From Octopus vulgaris (lineage: Eukaryota), in the NCBI GenBank assembly GCA_951406725.2, contig OX597826.1, forward strand, positions 69,068,001 through 69,132,000: a stretch of 64,000 nucleotides of DNA, read 5' to 3'. The notes under the pieces are model-generated. The model worked only from the letters and a program-made list of their open reading frames with translations, did not search any database and was not told the DNA's origin. Below, piece after piece: positions 41,095 through 56,934 of the stretch. Numbering within the stretch: the stretch's first letter is position 1; every line of letters starts with the position of its first letter. The translations under genes and the position numbers were made by a program.

Positions 41095-42189
41095 GACATA
41101 TACACACACGCACACACACATATATATACATATACGTGTATTTGTATTAACGTACACATGCTCGCACGCTCATCTTGTAGAGACAGGCAATATATTAGAC
41201 GAGGGGAAATTTGTACGACTCACATGTCATAAACAAACGTATCCATCCGAATTTTTTTTTTTTTTTTGCATTACACATCTTGTTTAAAAGAAAATTATGT
41301 AAATATTAACAAACCACATGTATGTAGTTTGTTTCTTTCAATGCTAATTTGTATTAAATTCAGTTACCACAAAGTACACACATATACCAAATGTTTTCAA
41401 AAATCTTGACTGATAATTGTCTTAACTATATTTTACACGTTTAATACGGCAATAAAATACAGGAACATCTAAGAAATGTTTGCAAATTTGCATTTTAGTA
41501 ACATAAAATTAGACTGCTAAAAATAAAACGGAAACTGAAAAATCAAAGAAATTTTTAATGTTATTTGTCTTAATAAACATTCGTTATGAATTTCTTTTTA
41601 CTTTATTTTTAATTTAAATATGTCTTGTTGGGTAGAATTGATCATATATCATGAAAAAGCCACCCGACGTAGTCAGCATCGAAACGTTAGAACTCGATTT
41701 ACGCAACGGATTGCTTTCTAAAACATAAGTAATTATGAAAATAATTAATTAAAAAAACATAGCTTTACGCTATAAATAATTTATTGATTATTGGTTCTAA
41801 ACATCTATTATACAATTAATGATCTCATTTGATGATCTTAGCACAAAGGGAATGGATGGGGACGCGGTGGGAAGACGGAGTGTCTGACATTCATAACCTA
41901 GCCAGATATTTTGATGTTTACTTTCCTCCATCCCCAACCAAACAAAAAAAATATTGACCCGGGGTAATTTAGAACGAGGTCTCTTGCCAGAAATTTTTGT
42001 TCTCCTTCCCATTCATTAGTTAAGTTCAAGTAACGTGGTAGAAAATACCCTGCCAAAATATCCTGGTACTATTTCCCAAATAATTTAGTTGACTTAGAAT
42101 AATATACAATGAATAAACTTGCCAGAAATTGTAGCGAACTATTCCTAGCAATTATTTAATTTAATTTGCCAGAAATCTTAGTGTAATGC

Positions 42190-42870
42190 GTTCTACTAAA
42201 AACGCAAGGCCTGAAAAATTGAGAGTGGGGTCTAGTCGATTACATCGTCTCCAGAGCTCACTTCTTATGTATTTTATAAACTCCGAAATGATGGAAGACA
42301 AACTCGACCTCAGAAGCATTTCAAATCGAAGCATAAAAACGGATGAAGTACCTATTTCTTTACTACACACAAGGGACTAAAAACAGAGAAGACAAACAAG
42401 GACAGACAAATGGATTAAGTCGATTATATCGACCTCAGTGCGTAACTGGTACTTAATTTATCGACCCCGAAAGGATGAAAGGCAAAGTCGACCTCGGCGG
42501 AATTTGAACTCAGAACGTAGCGGCAGACGAAATACCGCTAAGCATTTCGCCCGGCGTGCTAACGTTTCTGCCAGCTCACCGGATGAAGTACCGCTAAGCA
42601 ATTTATCCGGCGTGCTTTCAATTCTTCTGGCTCTCCCTCCATATACTTAACAATATAATCTTTTCCACTATATGTACAAAGAGTGAAATTATGGAGGTGG
42701 GTGTTCTAGTTGATTACATCGATCCCAATGTACGACTGGAACTTTTTCGACGTGGAATGATGGAAAGCAAAGTCGACATCGACTTAATTTGAACTCAGAA
42801 TATAAAGTCGGATGAAATACTGCTGAGTGTTTTGCTCGGCGTGCTAACGCTTCAGTCAGCTCGTGGCTCT
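42190..42870 (-). mobile_element. SINE family C cluster
   Basis: Well-preserved unit 42345-42580 inside older decayed copies. Confidence 0.85.
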
Positions 42871-43077
42871 TACACTGTACAGTGTAACGATACAGAAAAT
42901 GTCTTCCCAAACACTCTGCAGGCTGCAGCATCATCGAAGCGTGTGAAACTGTTGAAGTATTTCGAGGCTGCATTCAAGAATGATGTGAACCAAGCAGCTA
43001 GATAACATGCTAGAATTTAGGTGTGGGTACATTAATACGGTTGTTTCAGGATTCGATCCTGAAACAGGAGAGGTTAG

Positions 43078-43537
43078 CGAAAAGGCCAAACTTACGTCTT
43101 CGGTTTGGTTTCTTTGCCTATCCTCACGTATGGTCATGAATGTTCTACAATTACCGAATGAGTACGATTGCGAGTAAAAGCGGCCGAAATAGGGTTCCTC
43201 CAAAGGATCTCTCGAGTAACGTTGCTCGACAGGTTTGTGTTTCACCTGTACAAGCCGTTACGTCTCCGCATTGAGGGGTAATAATTCCGGTACCACGGAC
43301 ATGTGATTAGAAAGTCGTAGGAAACAATTGCAAAATGGTTTCGTCAAACGGTAGGAAACCTAAAGTTAGACCAAGAACGTGTTGATGGATAACATCTACA
43401 GTTTCTTTAGGCCACGCTTGGGAATCCAACCTGGAAATGGGTTGCTTCTGATAGGAGCTTATGGAAGAAATGCTGGGGGATTCTACCCACGTGGCCCTCC
43501 TAGGAATAGCGGGCGGAGAAAATAGATGGATTGATGT
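43078..43537 (+). mobile_element. RTE-clade (Rex3/Expander-like) LINE 3' fragment
   Basis: Translates LPILTYGHECSTITE*VRLRVKAAEIGFLQRISRVTLLDR, YHGHVIR, GRKPKVRPRT, VASDRSLWKK; ends with GATGGATTGATG. Confidence 0.82.
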
Positions 43538-44449
43538 GTAGCGAATACATAAGAGCTCAAGTTTTCAGAACTTAAGACAATGATATATGCTAGCTTAGAA
43601 CAACATCCGCACGTTATTTTATCCTTTCTAAATATGTCTTACTTTAAAACAGGACAGTACATATAAAAAAAAAAGAATGAGCATAATAGATTAAGTTGAT
43701 CCCCGATTATAACAAGCACATATTATATGGATTAGAGACGTACGAATTTTTAGTTCGAATCCCAATGAAATACGAACACATCAACATTAGATACGTTATG
43801 GTTGAAGGTAACTACTGTTCAACCAATAACGGAGCACCATATATCCACATATAATATGCGTCGCATGATATATGCATTAGAATCAGTTTAGTACAATAGG
43901 ATTCTATATAGTAAAAATAGCTTTCAGAGTTCTGCTGGTTCAGGGATATATATTGTAGTGACAAGAAAATGAAAATTATAAAAAAATATACACCAATACC
44001 GACTAGTGTAGATTAAAGTAAAACTCAAAAATGGATAAAGATATGCATAGCAGCGGGAGTCTGATCTCTGATATATAGCGAAACGTATACGGACATAGTT
44101 TGTTTCAGTCTTATTAGACCTCCGAAGCTAAACATGCTCTTAGGATTCTCACATAGTTACGTACAGTCCGTACACCATTTTGAATCTTCACTACGAGCAG
44201 TCTGTAAATATTGCTTTCATAAATTTCTAATTTATTTAAATTTAGATCGGCAATGTCTACTATGCTTTTAATTAGCAAAATTGATAATTATGTTAATACT
44301 TTCTCCTCATTAGTGGGAATATTATAACTAATTAACATTTCTTGGTATGTATCTTAGACATATGACCTTCTATCTATCTATCTATCTATCTATCTATTTA
44401 TCTATCTATCCATCGCTCTCTCTCTATCTGCCTGTCTGTCTCTCTCTCC

Positions 44450-44519
<70 letters not shown>

Positions 44520-45494
44520 GTCTGTCTTTCTTTCTGTCTATTGGTCTATCTACCTGTCTATCTAGCTATAGACTCATCAATCTGTAAATTTTATGATGGA
44601 TAAAATCGGTTTCTCTTGGCTGGATTATGAATATTTTGGTGGATTGTATAAGAAAAATTTGAAAACGTACGGGTCTCTATAATTCTTTATGATTGTTTTC
44701 GATATCTGTGTATATGTGTGTGCGTGAGTGTGTGTGTGTGGGTGTGTGTGTGTGTGTGTGTGTGTGTATGAACTACTAGCAACACATCACCTAACCACCA
44801 TCCAGCTTTCAGCGAAATGCAAACCTTACATCAATTGAAGTCTATTATGTCACCTGAGGAGGCTTGTAAGTGCGAGCACGCGTGTTTGATAATTTTTGTT
44901 GTTATTCGCCAATAGATGAAGGTCAGTCTAGCTACAGCAGGCATAAGAGAGAAAATATTCTTGGTATGTCCCCGCCATATTTTATACCACATCCAATACA
45001 GCGTCTCTTTAATTCGTAAGACGATACACAGCTGTTTGAGAGAGGCAGATCTTGCTGCCATATCTAACAAAATTAACGGCTAGTTAGAAGGAGGCTTCAT
45101 TAACCTGTCAGTCTGATTAATTAGTGTTAAGGTACCATGCGTTATTTTTGCTCAGATTCAATTAAAAATTAAAACATTTTGTCCACTAATTTGCGCACAA
45201 TTTCGGTTGTACAAAAATAACCAAATTCATATATATATATATATGATAAAAACGGATCAAAGTAAAAACAACACGATAGACATTTCAATATTGGCTTCAG
45301 ATAAATGTAGATTCCGAGTTGAAAAAAAAATATATATATAAGAAAGAAAACACCCGAGTGGACAGAAAGAAAGAGCTACACAATGAAAATTATATATAGT
45401 TGAGCGTATGTGTGTGTAAACGTATGTAGTCGTTTCATCTATGTGTGAGTGTATCTATCTATACATACACACATATATAGATACACACACACAG

Positions 45495-45593
<99 letters not shown>

Positions 45594-45597
45594 CACA

Positions 45598-45641
<44 letters not shown>

Positions 45642-45797
45642 GATGTGTATATAAACATATACGTTATGTAATGTATATTTACGTATAATAACACACATGT
45701 ACTCTCGTAAGTACACATATTTAAGAAGGTATATACATACAAACACTCAAGTAAAGTTATATATCTATGTGTGCATATATATTCATATATATATATG

Positions 45798-45835
<38 letters not shown>

Positions 45836-46136
45836 GTATAAATATATATCTATGTGTGCATATATATGCATATATATATATATATTATAAGTGTATAAAT
45901 ATATATATATATATGTATGTATATATGTATGTATATATATATATTTATATATGTATTTATATATGTTTGCACGCATGTATGGCGCTTACACAAACACAGC
46001 CATGAATAGTGAATAGTGACATAAAGAAACAGAAAATAAGAAGTAGATCGGTTGATAGAGATGACACTAAATTAGCAGGAAAGTTTTTGAAGAATATATG
46101 GAAGAGATCTATTGATGTAGACGGAGATATACATAC

Positions 46137-46204
<68 letters not shown>

Positions 46205-46211
46205 CTGTGTA

Positions 46212-46244
<33 letters not shown>

Positions 46245-46309
46245 TGTATGAATATAAATATATATGTATGTGTGTGTGTATCTATATATATATATATACA
46301 TAGATACAG

Positions 46310-46563
<254 letters not shown>

Positions 46564-46777
46564 ATGCCATGGCCATATAAATTGAGATCTGCATCGTGTT
46601 GATGATGATGATGAAAATGAAGATGATGATATTATAGAGATATTGATGATAGTGGTTGTGGCGGTGTTGTTGCTGGTGCTAGCGATGATGCTTGTGATGT
46701 TGTTGGCGTTATTTTTGGAGAAGGTTACGTACAATAGAAGTTAGATTGTAATGATCGCATACAAGATATACATATAC

Positions 46778-46915
<138 letters not shown>

Positions 46916-47007
46916 AGATAGAGGGGAGGCACAGTGTGTACTGGTAGATAATATATCTAAGAATAGAGAATAGATGATTGATAAGAAATGTATATATAGG
47001 TATGTGT

Positions 47008-47142
<135 letters not shown>

Positions 47143-47164
47143 TGTATATGTATGCATGTATATA

Positions 47165-47198
<34 letters not shown>

Positions 47199-47636
47199 CA
47201 AACATGTATGTATGTATAGATATATGTTGTATGTAAGATTGCAAAGAAACAAGATAATCGATAATGGCAATGAAGTTTTAGTCTTTGATGCTTAATATAT
47301 CTGATTGATCCAATATAACAAGGAACATCCTTGGGGAAGAACTGTCTAGTTCTTTTAAATATCTCTATACAACAAAGCAAGTCCACCAAAGGAAGTAGGC
47401 GATTTATACTTACGGAGCTTGATGTGCCCTTTCCCTCAAATACACACAGGCACATTTAAGCATACACATATTCGTATACATACACACATACATACATACA
47501 TACATACACACACACACATATATATATATATGTGTGTGTGTCTGTATGTATATGTATACATATAACGTAGTTGGGCAGTTAGCAGATTATACAGGCACAT
47601 CAATGCAAGCATGCGCATGCGTTTATGTACATATAC

Positions 47637-47696
<60 letters not shown>

Positions 47697-47816
47697 TTGT
47701 ACATATGTACATATGTATACATATGTACATATACATGCATATGTACATATACATACATATGCACATATACATGCATATATATGCATACATATATGTATAT
47801 ATGTGTGTATATATAC

Positions 47817-47873
<57 letters not shown>

Positions 47874-47937
47874 CTCTCACATGCATGTATGCACTAAAGC
47901 ACACGCATGGCATACGGAACATATAGACATACACACA

Positions 47938-47983
<46 letters not shown>

Positions 47984-48029
47984 CGTACATATCAATGCAT
48001 ACATGCCTACCTGCCTATGTATTTGCATT

Positions 48030-48079
<50 letters not shown>

Positions 48080-48763
48080 CGTATATGTGTATGTACACAT
48101 ATGAATGAATGAATGAATGTAACATTGTGTGCGTATTTTCGTGTCCCTGTCTCTACGTATGCATACGTGTCTGCGCATGCGTGCGAGTTCTTTCACAACA
48201 TCAAATGTTATTTCGATGTTTAACATGGCTTTTGGACGACGAAGTGGCTACTTTTCTATTATTAGTTGTAACTTTTTTCTTTATTTCCCTTTCATGTAAT
48301 TTTGCAGGGAGAATTTTTTTTTCTTCTTTTTTTATTTTACTTTATATTCTTTTCAATTTATTTGCTTTGTTAGTTTGGCAAGATTCCATTTCGCTAACTG
48401 AGCAACCTCTAGCTGGCATTAAGACGAAAATTTGAGTAAGTCAACAGACGAATTTAGGCGAAGATGTGCGAAAATATGCGTAGATGAACGAAGATAGGCG
48501 ACGATCAGTGAAGATTTATAAATGATAAGTTAAAATGACTGAAAGTGCGTAAAGTAAAAAACAAAACAAAAAAAATGGTTGAAATTTTGAAAAGTGTTAA
48601 TAAATAAATCAATAAATAATAGGAAAGATAATCAAAGACTAACGAGAGACGATGGTAAATATTAGCTAACTTATGGAAAAATGGATACGCTTTACCATTT
48701 AAATTTTTTCTCCTACTACCTGGAAGCTAAATGATGTTTAGCTGTGGAAGCCATATTAAATAT

Positions 48764-49089
<326 letters not shown>

Positions 49090-49334
49090 GTATTTATTTA
49101 TTTATTTATGTTAATGTGGCACACGACCAAATATGAAAAGCTATCTAAAAAAAAATAGAAAGTTTGATTTTCCAGATTACCGAACAACGTCAAGCAATTT
49201 AATTTTCAGTATCGTATATTATCGTTATACATTATGAGATCAAATCCCGCTGTGGCTTACGTTAATTTTGCTCCCCCTAGGTTTCTCAGGATTAATACTA
49301 ATATATCCACAATAAAGGAGGTATACATAATTCC

Positions 49335-50140
49335 TTCTAATTTTTGGCGCAACTCCAGCAGTTCGGACGGTCTGGATACAATTGATTGAGTCAAACCCCG
49401 ATACTTCGCTGGTTTTTATTTTATCGTCTCCTAAAGAATGACAAAGTCGACCTTGGCAGGGTTTGAACTCTGGAGGTAATGAGTTGAAGAAGTACCACAA
49501 ATATTTTTTCCGGCGCTCTAACAACAGCACCAGCTCGGCATGTATATAATATATTACATATTTTCGTTCACCTACATTATTCGTGGGTCTGCTTATTCTA
49601 CAAGTAATATTGGTTTCAAATTTGGGCACAAGGCCCGCAATTTTGGGGCAGGTCATAAGTCGATCACGTTGTTCTCAGTGTTCAACTGGTACTTATTTCA
49701 TCTACCTCAATAGGATGAAAAACCAGGTCTGAACTCAGATCGCAAAGATGGACGAAATGTCGCTTAGCATTTTCTCGAAGCGGTGACAATTTTTCCTACA
49801 TATAATACTGTTTTCAAGTTTTGGCACAAGGCCAGTAATTTTAGATTAGATCGAACCATGTTTAACTGGTCCTTATTTTGTCGACCTACGAAAGGATGAA
49901 AGTTTTTTTTTACATGTAACGTGGCAGTCCTCTTCAGGATCGTTGACAAGCAAAACTAAATGCTTAACACATTTTTCTCCGTTTCTACGTTCTAAGTTCA
50001 AATTCCGCTGAGGTCGACTTTGCCTTTTATCCCTTCGGGGTCGATAAAATAGGTACCAGTTGAACACTGGAGCCGATGCAGCCGACTTATTCCCTCCATC
50101 TCCTGATAATGACGCTGGCCTGTTGCCAAAATTTGGAATC
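49335..50140. mobile_element. Decayed SINE family C copies (three minus, one plus)
   Basis: Body motifs at ~49440, 49690, 49870 (minus) and 49990-50070 (plus). Confidence 0.75.
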
Positions 50141-50489
50141 AACGTGACACTCGACGTTTCTCAATGTAAAATCCTTCTTTAAATTTTAAATACCTGTCTT
50201 TTATCAACTTGGCACAAAGTTCCTATATTTGACAAGTAAGAAGCTGTGTGATTGTAAGTCATCAACAATATCCGTTCCTTTTAACAAACTCTGGTCTCAA
50301 TCTCATTCCGAATGGAATTCCGTCTTTTCTGCGAGACCCAACATTTCCTCCGTATTTCAAGTATCTTTCATTGTCTTGCTACAAAATAATTTTAAGTTAG
50401 TGGCAAAATGAAGGCGGAATTTGTTATGTTCAGACACATTTTTCAAAAGATACAGTATACAGTCTGTTATTCACAAGAGATTGATAGGG

Positions 50490-50710
50490 CAGTCAGCTAG
50501 TAGAATAGCTACATTGTCGGAGAGAATGCTTTATTATTTATTACTTACCTTTTTTTTTCTTGTATTTCTTTCTGAGTTCGAATTCCGCCGAGGTCAAATT
50601 TGCCTTCCATACTTTCGGGGGCGATAAAAAATTACCTTTCACATATTAGGGTCGATGTAATCAACTCGTGTTCTTTCCACAAAACTGATGGCCTTGTGCC
50701 AAAATTATAA
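50490..50710 (+). mobile_element. SINE family C, decayed
   Basis: GAGTTCGAATTCCGCCGAGGTC...GGCCTTGTGCC. Confidence 0.75.
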
Positions 50711-51619
50711 AGAATTCACTGAAGACGGAAATAAAATCAAGCAGAAATTTCTGGCTTCCCGTGGATTATAAGATATATCTAAGCATATATGAAAAAATGT
50801 TTGCAACCTAGAACATAGGAACATACCAGACATATTGGTAGAATGTGTTCTCAGTTTACCGCCCCCAGTTCTTAAGGATCGCCCTGTTTAAGTGCCATAC
50901 CCATAAAGCATCGACAGTTATGAATTTTCAGTTTGAATACTCATGATTATTTTTGAAAAGGTTACAGCAGTAGTTTCCTGTTACTTCTGCCAGTTTATTT
51001 ACACTTTCCACTACTAGTCTGCTGCTCTACGAAGGTTACTATTGATCCTCAAGATCTTGTTATGCCTTAGAGTGTGGAGACTGTTTCAATTAGCATGAGT
51101 ATACGTCTACTTACTATTGGCCAGAGTGACAAACATCTAGTGGACAATCCCTTTTTTTTGTTTTAGTCCTCTCATTCACAAAATCAACTCCTGTATTTGA
51201 CCCATAGCTGTGGTACTCGTTGATAGGTAATGTCGATTCCAAATGGAGCGGACCTGGGATGAGTGGCGACTATGCGTTAACACTACACTCTGCAAGACTC
51301 CTGAACTCAAGAGTTAGAGCCTTATCACCGGATGCAGTTTAACAACTTGCCACAGTAATCGTACTTTATTTCACCAACCCCAGAAAGACAAATGTCAAAG
51401 TCTACAATATCATCATTTAAAATCAGAAAATAAGCTAACATGACATTGCAAAGAATTTTGTCCGCTACTCTACTGATTCCGTTCAAAGATGTGGAAGGTA
51501 ACAAATATTTAGAGAAAAGAAGTTAGCGAATAAATTGACCAAAGTATAAAGCCCTCACCACCACCACCACCACCAAAAACAACAACATCACATTGTAAGA
51601 CAAAATGTGTATTAAAGAA

Positions 51620-53330
51620 AACAAAAGAGCAATTGTGTGAACAGAAGGAAGAGTAGGAAATAAGTTACTGTTCTCTGAGAGTTCCTCAGATAAAAATTGT
51701 TATGGGTTATTTGTGAAAACAGTGTCTCACGCAATAGAAGTCATGATTTCAATAGACATCACAAAAGACAACAGTAGATTAAATTAGAATGAAAACAGAA
51801 GCTTTGCTCTGAGTTACGGGGAAATAATATATGATTACAAGAAAAGAGTCAAAACATGTCCAAATATATTTGCTAAAATTGTTGAATTTCGGAGATGAAA
51901 GATGCGTGCTAAGAAATTTCTTTAGTGTTGGCCAAACAAGGAAGTTATTCTCTGATAAATACTTGTTTCCAAGTATTTCTCTGATAGGGAATAAATAGGC
52001 TTTGTCTTCAAATATTTATAAAATACGCTGGTGGTAAAAAAAAAAACATCTAAAGGAAATTGCTTTTAGAAAACCATCAGATATGAGGCAAACTGAAGAA
52101 ATCTTACGTGATGTATGGGAACAACTGAAAGGCTGGTTCCATGCTAGTACTTAACTTGTTTAAGCTTTGTATGCTACAGAGCCCAGTTAAGAATTTACAT
52201 AGGAGAAACTGATGACAAGGACGTCTGTTGTTTTGAATTATTTCATGGAAAAGATGAGGATCAGACATACTTGACAAGGACGAGTTTCGAAAATCTACGA
52301 TTAAAATAGGTTAAACCTAATACTTTTTCTGAAGGACTTCCACTGATGATTGGATTAATCCACTTCTAAAATATCACTGCCATTATACAGCAATGACGTT
52401 GAAGATCTTTAAACTGGGGGTTTGTTATGGTAAAGCTTATGAAATGTGTAATTAAAACTTGATTAACAGAATTAAGCAAACGAGAATTCACATAAAATTG
52501 CGGAACGATAAATGAGAAAAACAACGATCTTGTCCAATATCTTGGGGGTTCACTAGCTTTCTAGAGTAGAAATTCCGAGTTGACTTTGGAAATTGAGAAA
52601 TACTGGTCATGATACTTTAGACGTGAAGAAATAGCGAACTGAAGAAAGAACTCTTTAATATGATCATAAATGGCCATTTGGTTTTAAAATTCAAGGCAAG
52701 AGCCAAATTGTTTCCTAGCTTAGCAATGGATACAAATGTTTTCCAGATAAAATTAAATGTTCATCTCTCAGCTAGGATATGAGGATTTGAACCAGGGTCC
52801 ACACTTAAAAGAAAAACAAAGTGAATGTGTTGAGGATAATGGCAATTTTACACATTATGTTAGAAAAGAAGAGAAAAACAAGCTATTGCTAGAGTCACTT
52901 GAAAGTCGTTTACGCCATTTCATCGAAGAAAAACATTGGAGAGTTGCATTTATGAACCCATTTTTACTCAATGAACAAAGGAGTCTTGAAAATGCCTAGT
53001 AACAAACAAATGGGACTTATTGGGCTTCCAAACAATTCATTACTGGAAATGAAATTTGATGAGCTTCCCTCAGTTCTAAATGCTATTGAATGATTAATTC
53101 TTGGAGATCATTATTGCCTGAACAATTCCATGTACTAAAGCAGTTTGGTCTTTTACATCTGTCGATTTGGAACCGCGTACAGGTGTAAACAAACGTTGCC
53201 ATCCATAAAGCTGGTGGAAAACTACACGAGGTCACAACTGACTTGAAATTTGAAGAATTCGCTGCTACTCTTGTAAGCATTATTTGAAGCTTTACATTAA
53301 TAACTTCGCAAAATCAGAACTGTCTCAAAA
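51620..53330 (+). mobile_element. Highly decayed hAT (Charlie/Buster-like) transposase remnant
   Basis: Motif fragments in expected order: EGLPLMIG (cf. DGAPxMxG), KYHC/IIQQ, NDLVQY, IQGKSQIVS, FMNPF, WRSLLPEQF, FGTAYRCKQT (hAT dimerisation region); many stops and frameshifts; TIRs not found. Confidence 0.72.
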
Positions 53331-53464
53331 GTTGGATTAAGCTAAGTAATGATTATATCTTTCATAAGTTCTGGCAGATTCGAACGTGGAATTGCCATAC
53401 AGCAGCAGCAGTAGCAGCAGTGGTAGTAGTGGTGGTGGTGGTGGTGGTGGTGGTGGTGGTGGTG

Positions 53465-53500
<36 letters not shown>

Positions 53501-53504
53501 GTAA

Positions 53505-54165
53505 GGCGGTGAGCTGGCAAAATTGTTAGCACACCGGGCGAAATGCTTAGCGGTATTTCGTCTATCGTTACGTTCTGAGTTCAAATTCCGCCGAGGTCGA
53601 CTTTGCCTTTCATCCTTTCGGGCTCGATAAATTAAGTACCAGTTCCGTACTGGGGTCGAATAATCGACTTAATCCGTTTTCTGTCCTTGTTTGTTCCCTC
53701 TGTGTTTAGCCTCTTGTAGGTAGTAAAGAAATAGGTATTTTGTTTCGTCTGTCTTTGTTCAAATGCAGCCGGGGTTGACTTTGCCTTTCATTCCTCTGGG
53801 GTCGACAAATTAAGTACCAGTAAAACCCTGGGATGAAATGTAATCGACTAGTCCCCTCTCCTAAATTTCAGTCCTTGTGCCTATAATAGAAAATATTATT
53901 CTATCTGCAATGGAGTCATGAAAGGCAAAACGGTTTCTTGTGGGTATTGAACTTGAAACACAGAGCATTAGAAAAAATAATGAAAAGTATGTTTAGTGGT
54001 ATTTTGTTTCGGCTGTCTTTATGTTCTTAGTTCGAATGCCGTCGGGGTGGACTTTGCCTTTCATTCTTTCCGGGTCGATAAAATAAGTACCAACTGTGTA
54101 CTGGGTCGATATAATCGACTAGCGACCTCCACCAAATTTCAGGCCTTGTGCCTATAGAAGAGAGG

Positions 54166-54255
<90 letters not shown>

Positions 54256-54380
54256 ATTATTATTATTATTCCTTTCATCCTTTCAGGGACGATAAAGTTA
54301 GTACCAGTTGAGAACTGGGGCCAGTGTTATTGATTTCTCCCTTCACCTGAAATTGCTGGCCTTGTGCTAAAAATTTAAAC
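53505..54380 (+). mobile_element. SINE family C cluster (dimer 53505-53895, partial copies 53995-54165 and 54270-54380)
   Basis: Full head GGCGGTGAGCTGGC and repeated bodies. Confidence 0.88.
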
Positions 54381-55515
54381 AATTATCATAATTATTGTTG
54401 TCATTGTTGTTGCTCTTCTTCGTCTTCTTCTTCTTTTCATTATTGGTGCTGATATGCCTATTGGTGTGGCTGTGTTCACTTTATTCTCACATTTAATTTT
54501 TTTTTTTGTATTTTATAACATGTGAAATGTTTGTTTAAATTTCTTCACTTTTTACTGAAGAAAACTGTAGGAACACTTGTCTGACCAAATCGTTAACGGC
54601 GGGGAAAAAGTTAGGTTTATTTTGATTTTGTATACATTTCTTTCACTAATGTAACCTAACTTCTTTCTATGTCCCTTTCATCCAACAACCCTCTGGCAAA
54701 TAGAAGAAATCGCCATCATCATCATCATTATCATCATCATCATCGCCATTATTAATGTTATTCATTGTTGACAATTTTTAGAAGTTTGTTTTTTTCATTT
54801 TCATATCGGTCTTCGAGGCTCTGGATTTTAACAAGTTTAAACCTGCATGAAAGAACGTTTTGGAATTATTTTTATCCAGAGATTATTTAAATATTCCAAA
54901 GTCTTCTCATACAGGATTCTGACGAAAATAAAACACTCTTTTATTATAGAAATATTCGCTTGCTTTCTTTTTTCTACTTTATCGATACACATGTAAAATA
55001 TAGCAACATATAACACCTAGCAGGAAAATAAACACGAACGCAAGTGTATTTTCATAAAGTTAAGACACTAGAAAGCAAAAAATATATATATATATTACCA
55101 AGAAAATTTTGTAAGAAAATACTTTTATTTTGGAAAAGGCTTAGAAGAAAAAAAAATATTGATTGTTCTGTGGAAAATAATATTGTTGAGAGCAGCCCAA
55201 GTAACAAGATGCACTCGTAAACACGAAGTTTTATCAAATGAAAGTAAAGATAGAAATATGAGAGGATAAACTGTTTCAACATTTGCGAATATGACATTTA
55301 GTAAATAAACTTTAGATATGGACGATTTAGACAAAAGACGGCATGACAGTATTATGTAACAAAATACAGATTTTTTATTTTTATGAAGCTGAAACACCGA
55401 CCAGTAAGAGGAGGTCAAACACTGATCTATTGCGCATTGCCAAAGGATAGTTTTATTGTAACGTCCAGAAAACAGCTGCGACAGCGATCTCTGATGTATT
55501 GAGTGGCTTCTTCTG

Positions 55516-56761
55516 TTAGATCGTCAAGTATGAAATTTATAGTAAGGTATATAGTAAACTTTGACAGCTGCTCATTTTGTGCCATTATTATATTTTGACA
55601 ATCTTTATTATTTTTTGTTAGAAATCTGAATCATTTATTTCTTTATTCTAACTTATTTTACGCTTTATAAAATATTTATAAATCGTTTTTTGCTATTTTT
55701 GTTTAGAGAAGTATGAGTCGGAAATTCGTATAGTTTTGAAATATAAGTTATTTCTTTGAAATACAGCATCACAGACAGCTCGGAATATTAATGGTGTATT
55801 TCATTCTAATGATACAGCAGACAGTATCAAATTGGTTTGCAAAATTTTGTTCTAGTAACATTCACTTCAAAAATAAGCAACGCTGTCGACCAGAAACAAA
55901 GGTGGATAATGACGAACTAAATAAAAGCCACCGTCGAGTCAGATCCACCTCAAAGTGCCTGTGAATTATCGTTGTTGTTTGCCGTTAGCAAGCAAACAAT
56001 ATTGACTCACCTAGATCAAATCGGTAAAGTGAAAAATTTGGATAAGTATGTTCGACATGAACTCAATGAAAATCGGAAACGGCAACGTTTGGAAGCCCGC
56101 ATTATGCTACTTTCTAGTCACAAAAATGAATAATTTTTTAATCGAATTCTAACATGTGATGAGAAATACAACAACCGTAAACGTTTAGCACAATGGCTGG
56201 ACAAAGAAGAGCCACCAAAACACAGTCCAAAGAGCAAAATTCTTCAAAAGAAGCTGATGGTGTGTGTTTGGTGATCTGGCGCAGATGTGATCCATTATGA
56301 TTTCATTAAACCTGGCTCATCAATCATGGCCGAAGTATACTTCAAAAACTTACAAAAAAAAACAGTCCAGATTACTCCACAGATCCACTCCTATTTTATT
56401 GCAAGACAATGCCAGAACACACATCGCAAAAATGACATTGTCGAAACTGCAGGAGTTGGAGTTGGAAGTTAATCATCTACCATTCTTGCCCGCACTGACT
56501 AGCAATTCTTCCATAATTTGGATAACTTCTGGATAGGAAAAAAGTCTAGTTCCGACGGTGCTGTAAAATAATTCTTCCAAAATTTTATTGACTCTAGATT
56601 GCCAAGCTTTTACAGTTCCGGGCTGGACAAGCTACTGCTGAAATGGCAAAAGGGTAATGACAATATGGGTGTATACTTTGACGAATAAAACTATTCCTTG
56701 TATTTATGAAATATTAGCAATTTTTTTTTCTTTTCCTCAAATTTCATACTTCACGACCTAA
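55516..56761 (+). mobile_element. Full-length decayed mariner transposon (~1.25 kb)
   Basis: 23-bp TIRs TTAGATCGTCAAGTATGAAATTT / AAATTTCATACTTCACGACCTAA (2 mismatches); TA on the right, TG on the left. Confidence 0.93.
55713..56688 (+). pseudogene. Mariner transposase pseudogene (Hsmar1/cecropia-like)
   Basis: IGKVKNLDKYVRHEL (WVPHEL motif), ILTCDEK, KKLMVCVW*, ILLQDNARTH, GVYFDE*; stops and frameshifts. Confidence 0.92.
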
Positions 56762-56934
56762 TACATCATGTGAGGGCAGCACACGGTGTCATAGCTGTTG
56801 TTTTAAAACTGTGGACGGATCAAAGAGACAAGTTTTCCTAACGAACAACAGGGCTTTACGAATTCTAGTCCCTCAATATACATGAAGAACAATGATAAGT
56901 GTTCACATACATGGCATGATATTGTTTTTTTCAA

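Noticed and set aside
47408-47450. Minus-strand microexon with GTAAGT donor
   Set aside because: Weak acceptor and no supporting neighbouring exons; plausible by chance.
48425-48550. Degenerate ~10-bp periodicity (AAGATAGGCG-like)
   Set aside because: Too decayed to define; probably an old minisatellite.
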